A DNA stretch of 64,000 nucleotides from Setoptus koraiensis (GCA_048013815.1 CM106585.1:2046001-2110000), one strand, 5' to 3'. Shown: positions 46,401 to 59,786, numbered from the stretch's first letter. The notes: generated by a model not told the origin, from the letters alone. Numbers and translations: made by a program.

Positions 46401-49400
46401 CTCCCTCAATTGCTGAACTGGTTCTCTCAATTGCTGAACTGGTTCCCTCAATTGCTGGACGGGTTCCCTTAATTGCTGGACAGGCTCTCTGATCTGTTGA
46501 ATTGGTTCCCTCAATTGCTGAACGGGCTCTCTGATCTGTTGAATTGGCTCCCTCAATTGTTGGACAGGTTCTCTGATCTGTTGGATGGGTTCCCTCAATT
46601 GCTGGACGGGCTCCCTCAATTGCTCAACGGGTTCCCTGATCTGTTGCTGTACCTGTGGCACCTCTCTGATCTGCTGAATGGGTTCCTGTTGCTGCACTGG
46701 CTCTTGGGGCACCTCGAACGATGGCTCTCTAACCTGTTGCAGGGGTTCTCTCAATTGCTCAAATTGCTGAACTGGTTCTCTAACCTGTTGGACCTGTTGT
46801 GGTTCAATTGCCTGATGAACAGGTTCCTCTCTTACTGGCTCTCTCACTTGCTGAACAATTTTTTGTTGTTGCGCCACTGGTGCAACTCTTGTGGTTTTGG
46901 TTGCGCGGGCCTTAGTTGCCAGTGATTTACTGGTTGTGGATTTAGATTGCGCATCGTCAGCGAAAAGTGACTTTGTTGCAGGTTGAGGTCGCACACGAAT
47001 GGGCTCCTCTAAAGGTTGTTGTTGTTGTTGTTGCTGCTCAGAGACATTTTCTTGTGTTAGGTCGGTAGTAGTAACTTTTTGTTGCAAATTATCACTATCA
47101 GACAATACTGTGGTCTGACTGATTGGCTTCACGCGTCTCACCTGTTGATTGGCACGATTGTCGTTGAATTCCCCAAAACCATTTTGTGCGTCATCTTGCG
47201 ATTGTTGCTTTATTTGTGCATTATCCCTATTTCTTTGTTGCTGTTGTGATTTCAAGCTATCATCGAATCGTTGTTGTTGCTGTTGCAAATCGGCCTCAAA
47301 TCTCTGATGTTGTTGCTGAGAATTATCTTTAAATCGTTGCTGTTGTTGCCCACTGACATCCTCAAACCTTTGCTGCTGTATGTTTGAGTTATCCTCAAAG
47401 CGTTGTTGCTGTTGTTGAGTATTGTCTTCAAATCTTTGCTGCTGTTGCTGTCGTTGATCACGATTGTTGCTGAAATCATCTATTTGTTGATCATCATTGC
47501 CAAACGTTTGCTGCTGCTGCGGCTGCTGCTCTCTTACCTGTTGGATGGGCTTGCTTGGTTGCACAGCCTGATTTAAATTATAGCTTGGCTTTCTCGGGCC
47601 CTGGCTTGGCCGACCCTTTCTGGAGTTGTCCTGTTGTTGCTGGATGGGTTTCAGACGTTCTTGTTCAATTATCTGACCGGCAGTGCTGGTGCCGTCTTCA
47701 TGTTGCTGCTGTTGCTCTTGCTGTTGTCTAATTTGTTCATTAATATCTTGCTCGTTGCGTTGTTGGTGCTGCTGGCTAAGGGGCTGATGTACAATTGACC
47801 CAGAATCCTTGTACCTCGCGCCAGTTGATTGTCGATCGTCCTCGGAATAGGAGCCTGGGCGAAGTTTTTGCTGCTCAAACTGTTCAACTGGAGCGGCTAC
47901 AGGGGCCACGGGCGATACGGGTATCGAGGGTGCCTGGGCACTCTTGATTGAGCTTGGTTGCACGCGTTGTTGCTGTTGTTCTTGGTTGTCTTGGTTTGAA
48001 ATCATTGGCTTGAAGCCGCCGTCAAATTTTGGAAAATTCAAATTCTTTGAATCACTAAATTTGATTGAGTTTCCTTTGGTTTGTTCTTGCTGTCGGACTG
48101 GTTCGGGCAACCTGCAAAGCCGAAAGAGCAACGGTGCAAATTATTGGGCATGATTGAGATGAGCCAACAAAACAAACAGTGAAAACAAACAATCAGAATG
48201 AGCTGCTTTTAGAGTGAGCAGATTTAGCTCCGATGAGCAAAGAGATTATACATTATTATTATTGCACATTGTGGGGCACTTACCTAGCCTGGCTGGTCTT
48301 GGCATCATCGTTCGTTGCTGGTCTGTATCCGGTTGGTTGCCAGCGCAACACTGGTTGTTGTGCTGGAATGGTGTACACCATTTGCTGGTTCAGCAGAGCC
48401 GACGACGTTGGTCGCTGAATGTTGTGGTATGAATCATCTTGTTGTTGTTGCTGGACAATTGGTTGTTGTCTGACAGGCTCCTCGATGATTTGCTGAACTT
48501 GTTGCTGGCCTCCTTTGGCACTATTGACGGCGTTGAATCGCTGATCTTGGTCATTGCTGAATTCTTCTTGCTGTCGAATTTGTTCTATTGGTTGCTGCTG
48601 CTGCTGCGGTTGTTGATTGCTCGGAAACAATTTAGATTTTGCTTTATCGGCCAGATAATTAATTGATTGCTTGAATTTGTTGACCTTCTGAAGAGGATCT
48701 ACAAACTCGTACGAGTATATGGGCTCCTTCTGTTGTTCAACAGCAGCTAGGGGCGCCTGTACCGGTGCTGCCGGCTCCAATGGTGCGGCTAGCGGCTGGC
48801 CTCCCTTAACGGATCCCTTGGCACTTTCGGTTACAATTCGTTGCTCTTGCTCCGGTACCAACTGTTGCTGTTCCTGTTGTATAATTTGTTGTTGTTGCTC
48901 TATTTGTTGTGGCGCTGAGAACAATTTCGATTTTGCTTTGTCGGCCAGATAATTGACAGACTGTTTGAATTTGCTCACTTTTCCTTGGGCCTCAACAGTA
49001 GGTACAACATTGGCAACGGGAGCAGGCTGCTGATATTGTTGCTGCTCCTCGACTTGTCTCACTGGACCGGCAGCCGCGTTCGAAGTCTTTGTTTGTTGCT
49101 CAACAACCTGTTGTTGTTGCTGTTGTGTAACTGGCAAGGGTTCCGCTTGTTGTTTGTATTCTGCATAATTCTGCTTGGGTGCCGATGTCTTACCCTGTTG
49201 CACTTGTTGTTTGCCGCTAGCTTGCTGGCTGGCGTGCTCAACTGTCTGACTGATATTTTGTTGCTGTTGTCGTGGCTGATTGTCTTGTTGTTGCTGCTGC
49301 TGCTGCTTGAGAGAAGCTGGTCCGGCCTCACGCAAAAGTTGTGCCGGAGATTTGACCGGTTGGCTGCTAGTGAGAGGTCTGTCCAGGGGGCGCAAATACT

Positions 49401-50859
49401 GAACTTGCTGTGCTTGTGGTTGGTGCTGTTGTTGTTGTTGTTGTTGGTGTTGTTGCGGCTGCTGTTGTATTTGCTGGTTAAAGTGCGGCTGCTGCTGCTG
49501 CTGTTGTTGCTGTTGGAATTGATGCTGCAACTGTTGAAACATATGATGGTGTTGAGGTTGCTGGCTCATTTGATGCTGGTAAAAGTTTGTTCTAATGGGG
49601 CCCGGCATTGCAAGAGGGAAATAAGTTTGTTGTTGTTGTTGTTGTTGGTGTTGTTGTGGTGGTTGTAGGTGCTGCTGTTGCAGTTGTGGTTGAAGTTGGA
49701 TGGGCACCGTCTGTGGCGCTGACTTGCCTGGTAGCTCGTGATTTTCAGTCATCGCATTGAAGATGCTCATTAGACTCTTCTCCAATTCTGGGTCGTATTG
49801 TTCGTTTTGGCCAGCCAAACCGTAGTCTCTCAGTGAACCAGATTGACCGTGACTGTCGATAACCTGCAATTGTGACAGAAAAGAATTGTCATTGGCATTC
49901 TGTGCCACTCTGTTGTAGCCACTGATTAGTGACTCGCTTTCTGTTGCGGGGGCGGGCGCCTGACCAAAGAGACTTGCACCCTTTGATTTGAAGCCAGAGA
50001 AGAAGTTTTTCAATTTGTTTTGACCATTGTATTGTGGCTCGACAGCAGGGCCTTGTATGAGCTGTTGATCGTTGGCAATCACTTGCTGTTGCTGCTGTTG
50101 TTGTTGTTGTTGCTTCTCTTGATGGAGGCGAACCGGACTTTTGACGGGCGCTGACACGGGCTGTTCGGCCTGAACCTGTTGCTGCACCTCACGCTGTTGT
50201 TGGGGCTGTTGTTGCGACTGCTGTTGATAAGATTTGGATTGTTGTTGCTGGTGTTGCTGTTGAGGCTGTTCGCGAGTTTGCGAGTCCACCATGAACATAG
50301 TTGGCAACGAACGGTCAATTAGTTGATTTTTGGTTAGGTAATCGCCTAACATGGTCACTATGTGTCTGGCCATGTTTGGTTGCTGGTCGAGAAATTTCTT
50401 TTTTGTGTAACCGTCATGCAATTGCAGCGTGTTTTTTGGAATGTTTAGTTCAATCACATTATTCTTTGTCACAGGTATTGTGGCTATTGCGGCCTCAATA
50501 AGTGCCATTTGATTGAGTTGTTCGTCCAACAATTGTTGCTGCTGTATGTCAGATTGCTTGCTCGACTGTTGCTGATCCGCCGGCGCTGCCGCAGCCGCTT
50601 GCTTGGAATAGGAACCTGTTGCTGGTTGTTTTTGGTTGTTTGCATTGTCAATTACATGGCTCTGTTGTCTCTGCACAGTCTGATCTGACTGGCTGGCTGG
50701 GGCGACATTCTTTGTTGCGCTGGCCGCTGACAAACTCGGCGATGGCGACGACGACGAAGACGATGGGCTGCCATGGCAATATGACAGTGTCGTTGTAATT
50801 AATAGCAGACCTATGAGCGAGAGATAAACTCTTTGATTGTTCTCCAAAGAGAACGACAT
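43428..50859 (-). CDS. Giant secreted glutamine-rich low-complexity protein (~2,419 aa); model complement(join(43428..48111,48284..50859))
   Basis: The 869-aa ORF ends ...QAR at AG|GTAAGT (48283). It splices in phase 2 to the TTTGCAG|G acceptor (48112) of the 1567-aa ORF. ATG 50859 starts MSFSLENNQRVYLSLIGLLLITTTLSYCHG (signal peptide). Poly-Q tracts and tandem peptide repeats throughout. Confidence 0.88.
46340..46646 (-). repeat. Coding 21-bp tandem array encoding about 14 copies of (Q/E)Q(L/I/V)REP(V/I)
   Basis: QQIREPV EQLREPV QQLREPI QQIREPV QQLREPI QQIREPV QQLREPI QQIREPV QQLREPV QQLREPV QQLREPV QQLREPI QQVREPV QQIREPI. Confidence 0.95.
47255..47450 (-). repeat. Coding repeat of six QQ(Q)RF(E/K/D)(D/A) units
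   Basis: QQQQRFEDNT QQQQQRFEDNSNI QQQRFEDVSG QQQQRFKDNS QQQHQRFEADL QQQQQRFDDS. Confidence 0.9.
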
Positions 50860-51430
50860 GGTGGACCAATTGGTGTCGCTGTCACTCAATTAGTTGCGAT
50901 GGTCGATATCTGATTTTGATCTTTGGTCTTGGTGGATCGGAAATTATTAGGCAATTAAGATAGGCAAATCAAGATTGAGCTGTGTGTCGTTTGCGGCAAA
51001 GCAGTGAAGTTTGACTGATTTATCTTGTATTTTGTTGGTTGTATTCTATTGATTGTTGCTCGTTTTGTGGCTCATGTCAGACTGATTCGTTTTTCTCTCT
51101 CTTATTCTCATTCTTGCCGGCCTCACTTTTAGCTGTGCTTGTGTCCACTTGTTGACACACTCTCACACACTCTCACACACTCTTACGCGCTGTGGCTGTG
51201 ATTTGATTTCGTTGATGAAAAGTTGATGGTCAAGTTGAGCCGCGCCGATGATGAACTCACTTGACTATTTGAACTGGCCACTTAATTGACTAATCAACTT
51301 ACTGCACGTAACTAAACGCAACTATACGTAATAAGTAATCGATCAAACACACACAGTTCCGTCCGTATAGCTCTCGAGTTGCTATAGCAGCCTGTGCGAT
51401 AATCAGTGTGATTGTGTCTCGTTGTCTCTG

Positions 51431-51500
51431 TCGTTGTTGCTGTCGTTGCTGTCGTTGCTGTCGTTGCTGTCGTTGCTGTCGTTGTTGGTGTCGTTGTTGC
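51431..51500. repeat. 9-bp tandem repeat (GTCGTTGCT)n
   Basis: Direct reading of GCTGTCGTT units with degenerate flanking copies. Confidence 0.9.
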
Positions 51501-51968
51501 AGTGAGAAGTAACCAGACTGATAAGTGGAGAAAGTGAGAGATAGGCTGGCTCCCTCTGGTCAGCTGACACAGCTCTGTCCACACAGACTTGCGTCCACTA
51601 TCTTACGTAACACTAACAACAGGTAAGTGCAACCAACAAACTAAACGCTACAGCGCTGTCTCGCTATTTGGGCGTGATCTGGGGCGTAGTTTTGCCACTG
51701 ACCACTGGCCGAGCTCGCCAGTCAGCCAATCTAGTACCAACATGTGACCACATGACACTGCGCCAGTGTTAACTTGCTCCGTCTGCAAACAACGGCCACA
51801 CTGGCCACTGCACACTGTTCATTAAATACAAACTGACCATTGCATACCGACCAGTGCATACTGACCATTGCATAGTGACCAGTGGATGCTGCGTTAGGCG
51901 AAAGTGATGTGCGCCAACATGCAAAATCTGGCCACCCTACTGCTCGCCAGTGAGAGTGTTCCAGATGT

Positions 51969-52174
<206 letters not shown>

Positions 52175-52849
52175 GCAAACTACGAGCATGACGCCGTCTC
52201 ACGTTTCGTGCATCCTCGCCGCGCACCAGCCAGTGGCCGCCGAAACAAGCAAAATCTGGCCAGGTAACTGGCCTAACAAGAGTATTAGTGCTCCATCTTC
52301 CTATTTATCACCACCAGTGGCTAATATAGCCGCTTATGTTTGTGTTGTGTCTTCTAGCCGCGTTCCGTCTCATCAGCGACAGCGGCCGAATAAAGCAAAG
52401 TGCAAAAATGTAAAATGGAAAAATGGAAAATGGGAAATCTTGCCATTCGCTTTGCGCCGTCGCCGGAGTGTGTCGCAGGCTAACGCATGCGAGACACCAA
52501 CAACAGGAGATTATCTTCTTACTTTGTTGTTTGCATGCACCACCAACAACAACCACAACAACAGCAGCAGCAACAACGGCAACAACTGCTCTTTATCTCT
52601 CGCCTCTTCACTCTCATTTTCTGGAAACTTATCTAGCAAATGCCACATACAAATGCCACTCCGGCCAGATAATTTATACTTGTTCATCGGTATCGCTCTC
52701 ATTATGCACACTATATATACTATTTAAGCGATAATGGATACAAACGATGCTGGCCTGCGAATTGTGCGCACTGTTACATCATACTGGTATGATGCACAAG
52801 TTCGCTCTTCACATCGGCAGCAAGACGCGCTGCCAACCCGATGTTGCGC

Positions 52850-52890
52850 AACAGGTGAAGCTAAACAGGTGAAGCTAAACAGGTGAAGCT
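52850..52890. repeat. 14-bp tandem triplication AACAGGTGAAGCTA, each unit with a CAGGTG E-box
   Basis: Three copies read directly from the sequence. Confidence 0.92.
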
Positions 52891-53341
52891 GTCCACTTAA
52901 GTTGAGAGATGATATCAAACTGGCCCGCCGCTTCTCATGCTAACAACAATGCTGACCTTCAGCCAGATGCTATCGCTAGCGAGCTTTATTTTGACTATTA
53001 CTTATTATTGAAAATTGTCTGGCTGCGCCAACGATGCCCAAATGATTGTGATACAAGATACTGCAAACGTTTGCTGGCTGCTGCTTGCGCCAGCAATAAG
53101 TCGCCAGTGATATAAACAAATTCGGCCAGGTAACTTGTTGATGCCAATGTTGTCGGGCCAATGAACGGCTGACAATACAACGGTGGCAACATCATATGCC
53201 ACATGTGGAAGCATGATGAGATGTTAAGCTAAGCCGTTATGATAAGTGTGTTTGGCAGATAAATAAAAATGCTAATGTGCTAATCGGTTGGCGGCGAGAT
53301 CGAAAGTTGCAACCATGAGCAGCCTGCCTACCAACCTGTTG

Positions 53342-53471
53342 CGGCCCGACTGGTTGGCCCGGCGGATTGGCCTGGCGGGTTGGCCCGATGAATCAGCCCG
53401 GCGGATTGGCCCGGCGGGTTGGCCCAATGAATCGGCCCGACGGATCGGCCCGGTAGATCGGCCCGGTGAAT
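53342..53471. repeat. GC-rich 13-bp minisatellite (10 units, consensus YGGCCCGRYGRAT)
   Basis: CGGCCCGACTGGT TGGCCCGGCGGAT TGGCCTGGCGGGT TGGCCCGATGAAT CAGCCCGGCGGAT TGGCCCGGCGGGT TGGCCCAATGAAT CGGCCCGACGGAT CGGCCCGGTAGAT CGGCCCGGTGAAT. Confidence 0.95.
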
Positions 53472-53931
53472 CGGCTGGGGTGCGCGAGCAGAAGGAAGAA
53501 GCCAGCACCAGAGGGTTGCCAGCCAACCAGCGATGGCGTGTCGCTTGGTTGTCCGAGGGATTGTGTTGGCCGGCGAGCAGTCACACATAAGCCAGAAATA
53601 GACCAGACTGGGCACTGTTGCCAATTCTCCTAATTTTAAATCCAATTCTTCTTGATGCGCGGTGTTAACACTGCGATTGCTGGATTAATAAGTCAAGTTT
53701 ATTGGCTCTCGCTCGCTCGCTTGGTCGTGTAGCCTTAATTAGATTTGGAGTATTGCTGTTGGCTGGCCGGCCGACTGGCTGGCTGACTGACTGGCTGGCT
53801 GGCTGGCCGGCGGTGCTAGCGACGCCAGCAACGGTTAGCAATTAATGTGAAGCTGGCCCAAGAGTCGAGATCTGGATTGTTGAACAGGTCAATTTACCTC
53901 GCTTCTCTCTGTGCGTTTATCTCGCTCTCTC

Positions 53932-53995
53932 CGAGAATCTCTCTATGCGAGAATCTCTCTATCCGAGAGTCTCTCTATCCGAGAATCTCTCTGTA
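53932..53995. repeat. 16-bp tandem repeat x4 (CGAGAATCTCTCTATC)
   Basis: Four units read directly; GAGA/TCTC-rich. Confidence 0.92.
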
Positions 53996-56900
53996 ACTCG
54001 CTACGAGAATCTGTTTGGCTGTGTCTCGTTTGTGGCTGGCACAGCCAGCGCGACAGAGAGATTGCGCACTGCTGTTGTTGACCAATCAATCTTATTACGT
54101 CTTCTCTCTCTCTCTCATGTTCACCTGTTGTTGCAGCCACTAGCAGCCTCTAGCAGCCTCTAGCAGCCTGTTGCAGCTTGTTGCGGCATCTGTGGCGCTG
54201 ACGTAATGTGACGTATCGCCGTATCGCCCGATGGGCCGACGCCACACGCCGCTACTATGGCGGTGTCGTCATGATGCCGGTCATCATCGTGACGACGACG
54301 ACGATGGTAGCATCACAGCATCACCTCATCACATAACAGATAACATATAACATATAATAGTACATATATTACATATTACATTATATTATAGTGGTAGCAT
54401 CGTTTTAATAAAATCAGCCGGCAGAAGCATTTTATTTCTATTGCGTAATTTAATTCATTTTATTTCTATTTTACTTTCTAATTTCATTTTAATTTTTGCA
54501 AGCGGCCAATGGGCTAAAAGGCCCAACAGAGAGTGAGAGTGGACGGCTGCATCATTCATGCCGACATGAGTCAGTCGATTTGTTGGCTCTTCTCTGTCGC
54601 TCGCTGCCTGCCCATTCATTCTTGCAACGCCGATGGGGCGCGCAAAGCCATACTCACATTTATACTTGTGCCATATACTCGTATCACATCGTAATACATC
54701 TCTGTTGGATATATACATCTGGCTCGGATATATTTATCTGGCTCGGACATACATGTCTGCTGCTGCTGCTGCTGTCGTATGTATGCATATGACAGCGATA
54801 TGGCAATATGACACAACATGCAGCAAAATCATGTCGACATGTTGCCATTTTGGGCCTAATTGAGAACATCTCGGCTAATCTCTCATCTCTCCGGACAGGA
54901 TATGTGGACAGGATATGTGAGTGGGGCTGGCTGGCTGGCTGTGTTGCGCAACCTTATAACACCATGGCATGACCATTAGTGCTAGTTTAAATTGGAAATA
55001 ATCACCGATTTGAGCTCAAGTGATGGATTGAGTTAGTAGTTTAATTTCCTTCTCTTTTCACCTGGCTTCTCTACTCTGTTCCTCATCATGTTGCTCTGTT
55101 CTCTGTTGCTTTAGTCGCTGTTCATCTCTCGTTATTGTACACTCTGGACACTCTGTCTGGCTCATCGTTTTGGCAACCATTTCCACAAGCCGTTCAGCTT
55201 GAGCCGATCTTTTATGTGTCATAAACGTATCATCATCATCATCGTGGTCGTCATTGATGTATTGGTCTATCTCAATTCAATCCTCCACCACTAAACAACA
55301 AGCCGACATGCACGCACAACCATCAGCCCAACAAACAGCCTGTTGCATAATGAGCTTATCACCATTACGACAAGCTACTCACTTACCGGTGTAACAGACC
55401 CAGCGATGGTAGCCTCTCAATTGGCGATTCTCAATTGCCGATTCTCAATTGCCGATTCTCGCTTCTCGCTCTGAGTTGCGTTACATCGTCTGTCAATTAC
55501 AGCCAGTGGGACCATTGCTATTTCCTTGGCCCTTTTTCTCGCTCGCTCTCTCTCTCTCTCTCTCTATTTCGTGCTCCATCAATTGAGATAATGTTGGCAT
55601 GACGACCATTAGTACCGTCCCACAATCTAATAACCACACTCTCTCACAATGAGCATGCGTGCACTTGTCAAGCCAGTGTAACAATCGAATTAGCAATTGA
55701 CTTTAATTAACAAATCAACTTAATCACAGTTGTCTCACTCATCTCATTGGCCAAGTGCTGCCAAATTGAGACCCATACTCAGCCGATACGAAGCGCATAT
55801 TGAGCGACATTCTTGCCTCTGGCTGACACTTCGTGAGTGACACATTGTGGTCAGTTTGGCTTTTGTTTGCACTTGCCACCATTGGTCAGGTGAGCTTGCA
55901 ATGTTTGAATCGTCAATTCAACCGTCCCAAAACGATGTTTATACCAATCACATATCACACAAACGCCTAAACGCTTGAAGCTCGAAGACCAAAACTTGAT
56001 GCTCCAATGCTCTCACAGCTGTCGTGCGAGTAGCCTTGACATAAAATAATCATCAATCTATTTCTAACGAGTTCCGGTGAGCCAAGCGAAGCGTTTACCT
56101 GTGCGAAATTGCAAATTGATGCATTAGTAAGTGGACAGCGGCGACAATGGACATTAGTCTTGACGACGGTGCTGACTGGACACAACCTTGAGCCTGGCCA
56201 CAGAAGCCTGTGTCACATTAGCTCATGCTCATGCACCTTGACAATCGTTGTATCAATGATTAGACAAGATTAGATTAGATGAGATGAAGCGAGATGGCCC
56301 AGCTATTAATCATAGCATAGATTAAATGGTGCACAACATGTCACAGTGCAAAATTCTTTATCTACCAGCCATTTATCTCTGGCCAGTCACCATAGGCGAA
56401 TATTTCAAAGCAAAAAGATTTCTATAAAAAGATCACTCACAGATTGATCCATGTGCTGGTTAAACTAACAAGTCTAGACAATTATAATTAAACTGAGTCG
56501 GTCAAGGACACCAACGCATAACACATCACTTTTGCGCTTTTGCTTTTATCGCTGCCATGAATTCATCTCAAAAGATCTAATATGATAACTCAAATTCAAA
56601 CTAATGATCATAATCACTAAACAATATATGCCCATTAAATCTGTCCTGTGGGACAACCGCATTCTGACACTTTCTCTCAGCTGGTTGCGTGATAACTTTT
56701 GGCTAGCTTGTTGTCGAGTGACATTTGCTCGGACACGACCAATGAGGCCGGCATTTTGCTACTATTCATCAGAGGTAAATTTGAAATAGCAGCTTATTTG
56801 ATTCGAATAATTTGAAGCAGCAACAGCTAACTAATTTTGGGACACCTTCGTGGTTTGTCGCTAGCAAATGTCAAAGCTGGTGGCTCGATTACATGTGCAG

Positions 56901-59786
56901 GTGATTATAAGTAATTTGATTATGATTATTAATTGTTGTAAATACAAACGATAAAACCACACATGCTCAACATTGCTAATTAGTGCACACCAATTTAATA
57001 GCTCAAACAACAACAACAACAAACTCTGCAATCATTCCAGTGGAATGTGTGCAGCGACTACCCAGAGCCTATTCTAATATATCCAGATAGTATACAATTT
57101 TAATTCTAACTGGCTGCTCGTTTGAGATTAAAGATTGTTTGCATGATAGCAATCAATCTTTAGATAATTTCACATTTGCCTTAATAAAGATTCAACTCTC
57201 CGCATTCCTCGCCATACACCTGTCACAAGTGTCGCATTTTTGCACAATTTCGGCGTCGGATGTGCCTACTAACCGAGCTATTATTAGTATTGTTATTTAT
57301 TTATATTTAGTTATTTTTGTCGGACACTCTTGTCAGTCAGCTATGAGGGCGCATGTTTGCAGAAGCAAGTCGCATAAATCAAGCGAGCATGGCATAACTT
57401 GTATAACTTACAGCTTGGTTTTGCACACAAATCGCTCGCTTGTTTCAGAGGGAAGAATGTTTTAATTTGTTGCCCGGTAATTGTTAATTAATTCAGTTGA
57501 ACAAAAAGAGGCCCCAATCATGGCTAGATCGCCTGTCACTGGTTGTGCAATGTTGTTTTCTGTGTGCTGTTGTCATAATTGTTGTCAGCTGTGTTCAAGA
57601 GCAACAACAAATGAGGACACAATCTTTTCTTTTCGTGTGCCCATGAATATTGCAGATGACCAACGTTTGCGACGCCAATACACTCACCGATTTGCTGTCT
57701 TGCCAGCTGGTGTTTTGAGTTCATATCGGGCAAGGCATTTTGTCGTAACAGCAAGCAATTTACCTGTGGCTCATTCACCTCTAATGAAAAGAATGTCAAA
57801 CAATGCCAACGCATTGTTTGTCGGAGCGAGGTAACAGCGCTGTTGAATTGCCGAGCTGCGGGATAAGGATAACAAACAGACGACAGGTGACGAACTGCAA
57901 CTGGACAACGAATTCATTAGTTAGAAGAAATCGGCGTTATTCAATCGCGATGATAGTCGCAAATTCGGCAGCCTAATAATAATAATATAAATTGCGTAAT
58001 AATGATAAATAGATAGAAATAAATAAATAGACAGCGGTCGATGGCACGAATAATGCCATCGCTCGGCAACAACGGCACCAGCGGCAACAATAGCAACTAC
58101 AATGATAATTGCATTAAATTGATAACCGGATCAGATGATAATGCTATTGCTATTATTATAACAATCCGGTGTTTGCTATTACTATCAATTATGTTTGCCA
58201 TTCCTTTTCACAAACACTCAAACAGAGAGCGATGGGGAAGAAAAGGAAAAGTGTTTTTTGACAATGGCTGCACACTAGAAGACACTAATATGCATATTTA
58301 TGGTGATAATACAACGTCTTAGTGTGGCATATCTAAACTATTTACTAGCTCGCAAAAATTAGAGCTCGCCAACTGTTATTAGATGTATGTTTGTGGCGTA
58401 ATCACGACCTCAAATTGGATAATAAGCTGTATAAAAGCTGCAATGTGTGTTGGTTCAAACTGCAAGGTAAGGTCGTAATGGTCATCGTTGTCTTGGCCAT
58501 TTTTGCACAGACATGGGAGGTAAAAAGAGATACCAAAAGAGAGCGAGAGTGAACCGTAATGAAACGGCTGAACGAGCGATGCAATCATCACGATTGCATT
58601 ATCCGTTTGGCTTGTTGGTCATGATTATACAATCAATAAATGATGATAAACGCTGCATGCTATATATGCTACAGGGCATGTTTGTATCATTATGATTGGT
58701 CGGTTGTATCTTGTTAGAAGAGGCGCTTAAATTTGCAATCAAACGGATATTTATATATTTATAGATTTATAGACCATATGTTATATCATATGTATGGGCT
58801 TATGTGGGGTGATTTTGGTCTACTCTCGCTTTCGTTGTTACATTATGTAGCGCTAGTATAACAATTAATATATTTATATATATAACATGGGATATATATA
58901 ATAAAAATAAATAGCTGAACAGGTTCACTGGTCAACTGCAACAGGAGGCCACAAGTTGCAAGTCAGTTTTTTGCGTGTTGCTATACGCAAAGGGCAACAT
59001 TATCTGTACGCATGAGTGCGATTATGAAAACAAATGCCGAGGTAACTATAGCAACTCGAAATAGCAGATCCGACAGGTAAACTGGTGCAACAAACAAGTG
59101 CAAGAGAGCGACCATCGTGTTAGTGGTTGCAGTTTTAGTTGTTGCTGTTGTTGTTATTGTGTTAGCAGTTGTATTAACACATGAATAATTATCATGATAA
59201 TATGAGAGAAACTCGTGAGATTCATGTCAAGTCGATTCTAGCTGCAACAGCAACAACAGCAACAACAACAACAACAACAGCAACGGCAACAACACTCTTC
59301 CAGTTCACCTGTTACTGTTGCACCATTCACCTGTTTGTTGCTCTTGTTCTCGCCATGTCTGTCCGTTTCTTCTTCATTTATCTAGCTTTAGAGCTAGATT
59401 AAAATTTAATCAGTGGTTGCGATTCATGTGCGTGTACGCAGAGGGGCGAAAGATGATGAGAGAGTGGATAAGATGCAACGATGAGAGGCAACGAATTGAA
59501 ATGATTCTAAAGCGAACTATCTCCGAAACAAAACGAATCTGACCGAAGCAAGTGAAATGAATTGCATTGGATCGCATTGGATTGGTATAAATTGAATTGG
59601 ATCGCATTGAAACCAAACCAACTAATGTCTGTAATGTTTATTAGTTTCGCTAACTGCACAACTAAAACAACAGACAATCAACTGACCAGACAGAGCGAGA
59701 ACGGCAAACAATTAAGCAATTCGTGTAAAAAAGGCTAAAGAATTAATTATTAGTCTCTGTTACCATGATCTATTCCCGTTGATGCC

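Noticed and set aside
46340-46646. Regularly spaced repeats considered as CRISPR-like
   Set aside because: Contiguous in-frame coding repeats without unique spacers, in a eukaryotic exon; no cas genes.
44956-50501. Many plus-strand poly-Leu/Cys/Val ORFs (e.g. 45063-45440, 46473-46925, 48985-49668)
   Set aside because: They are antisense shadows of CAA/CAG codons of the Gln-rich gene.
53272-53645. ORFs with ARRIGPAG-like repeats
   Set aside because: They are products of the 13-bp minisatellite. The unit length is not a multiple of three, and all frames give similar junk.
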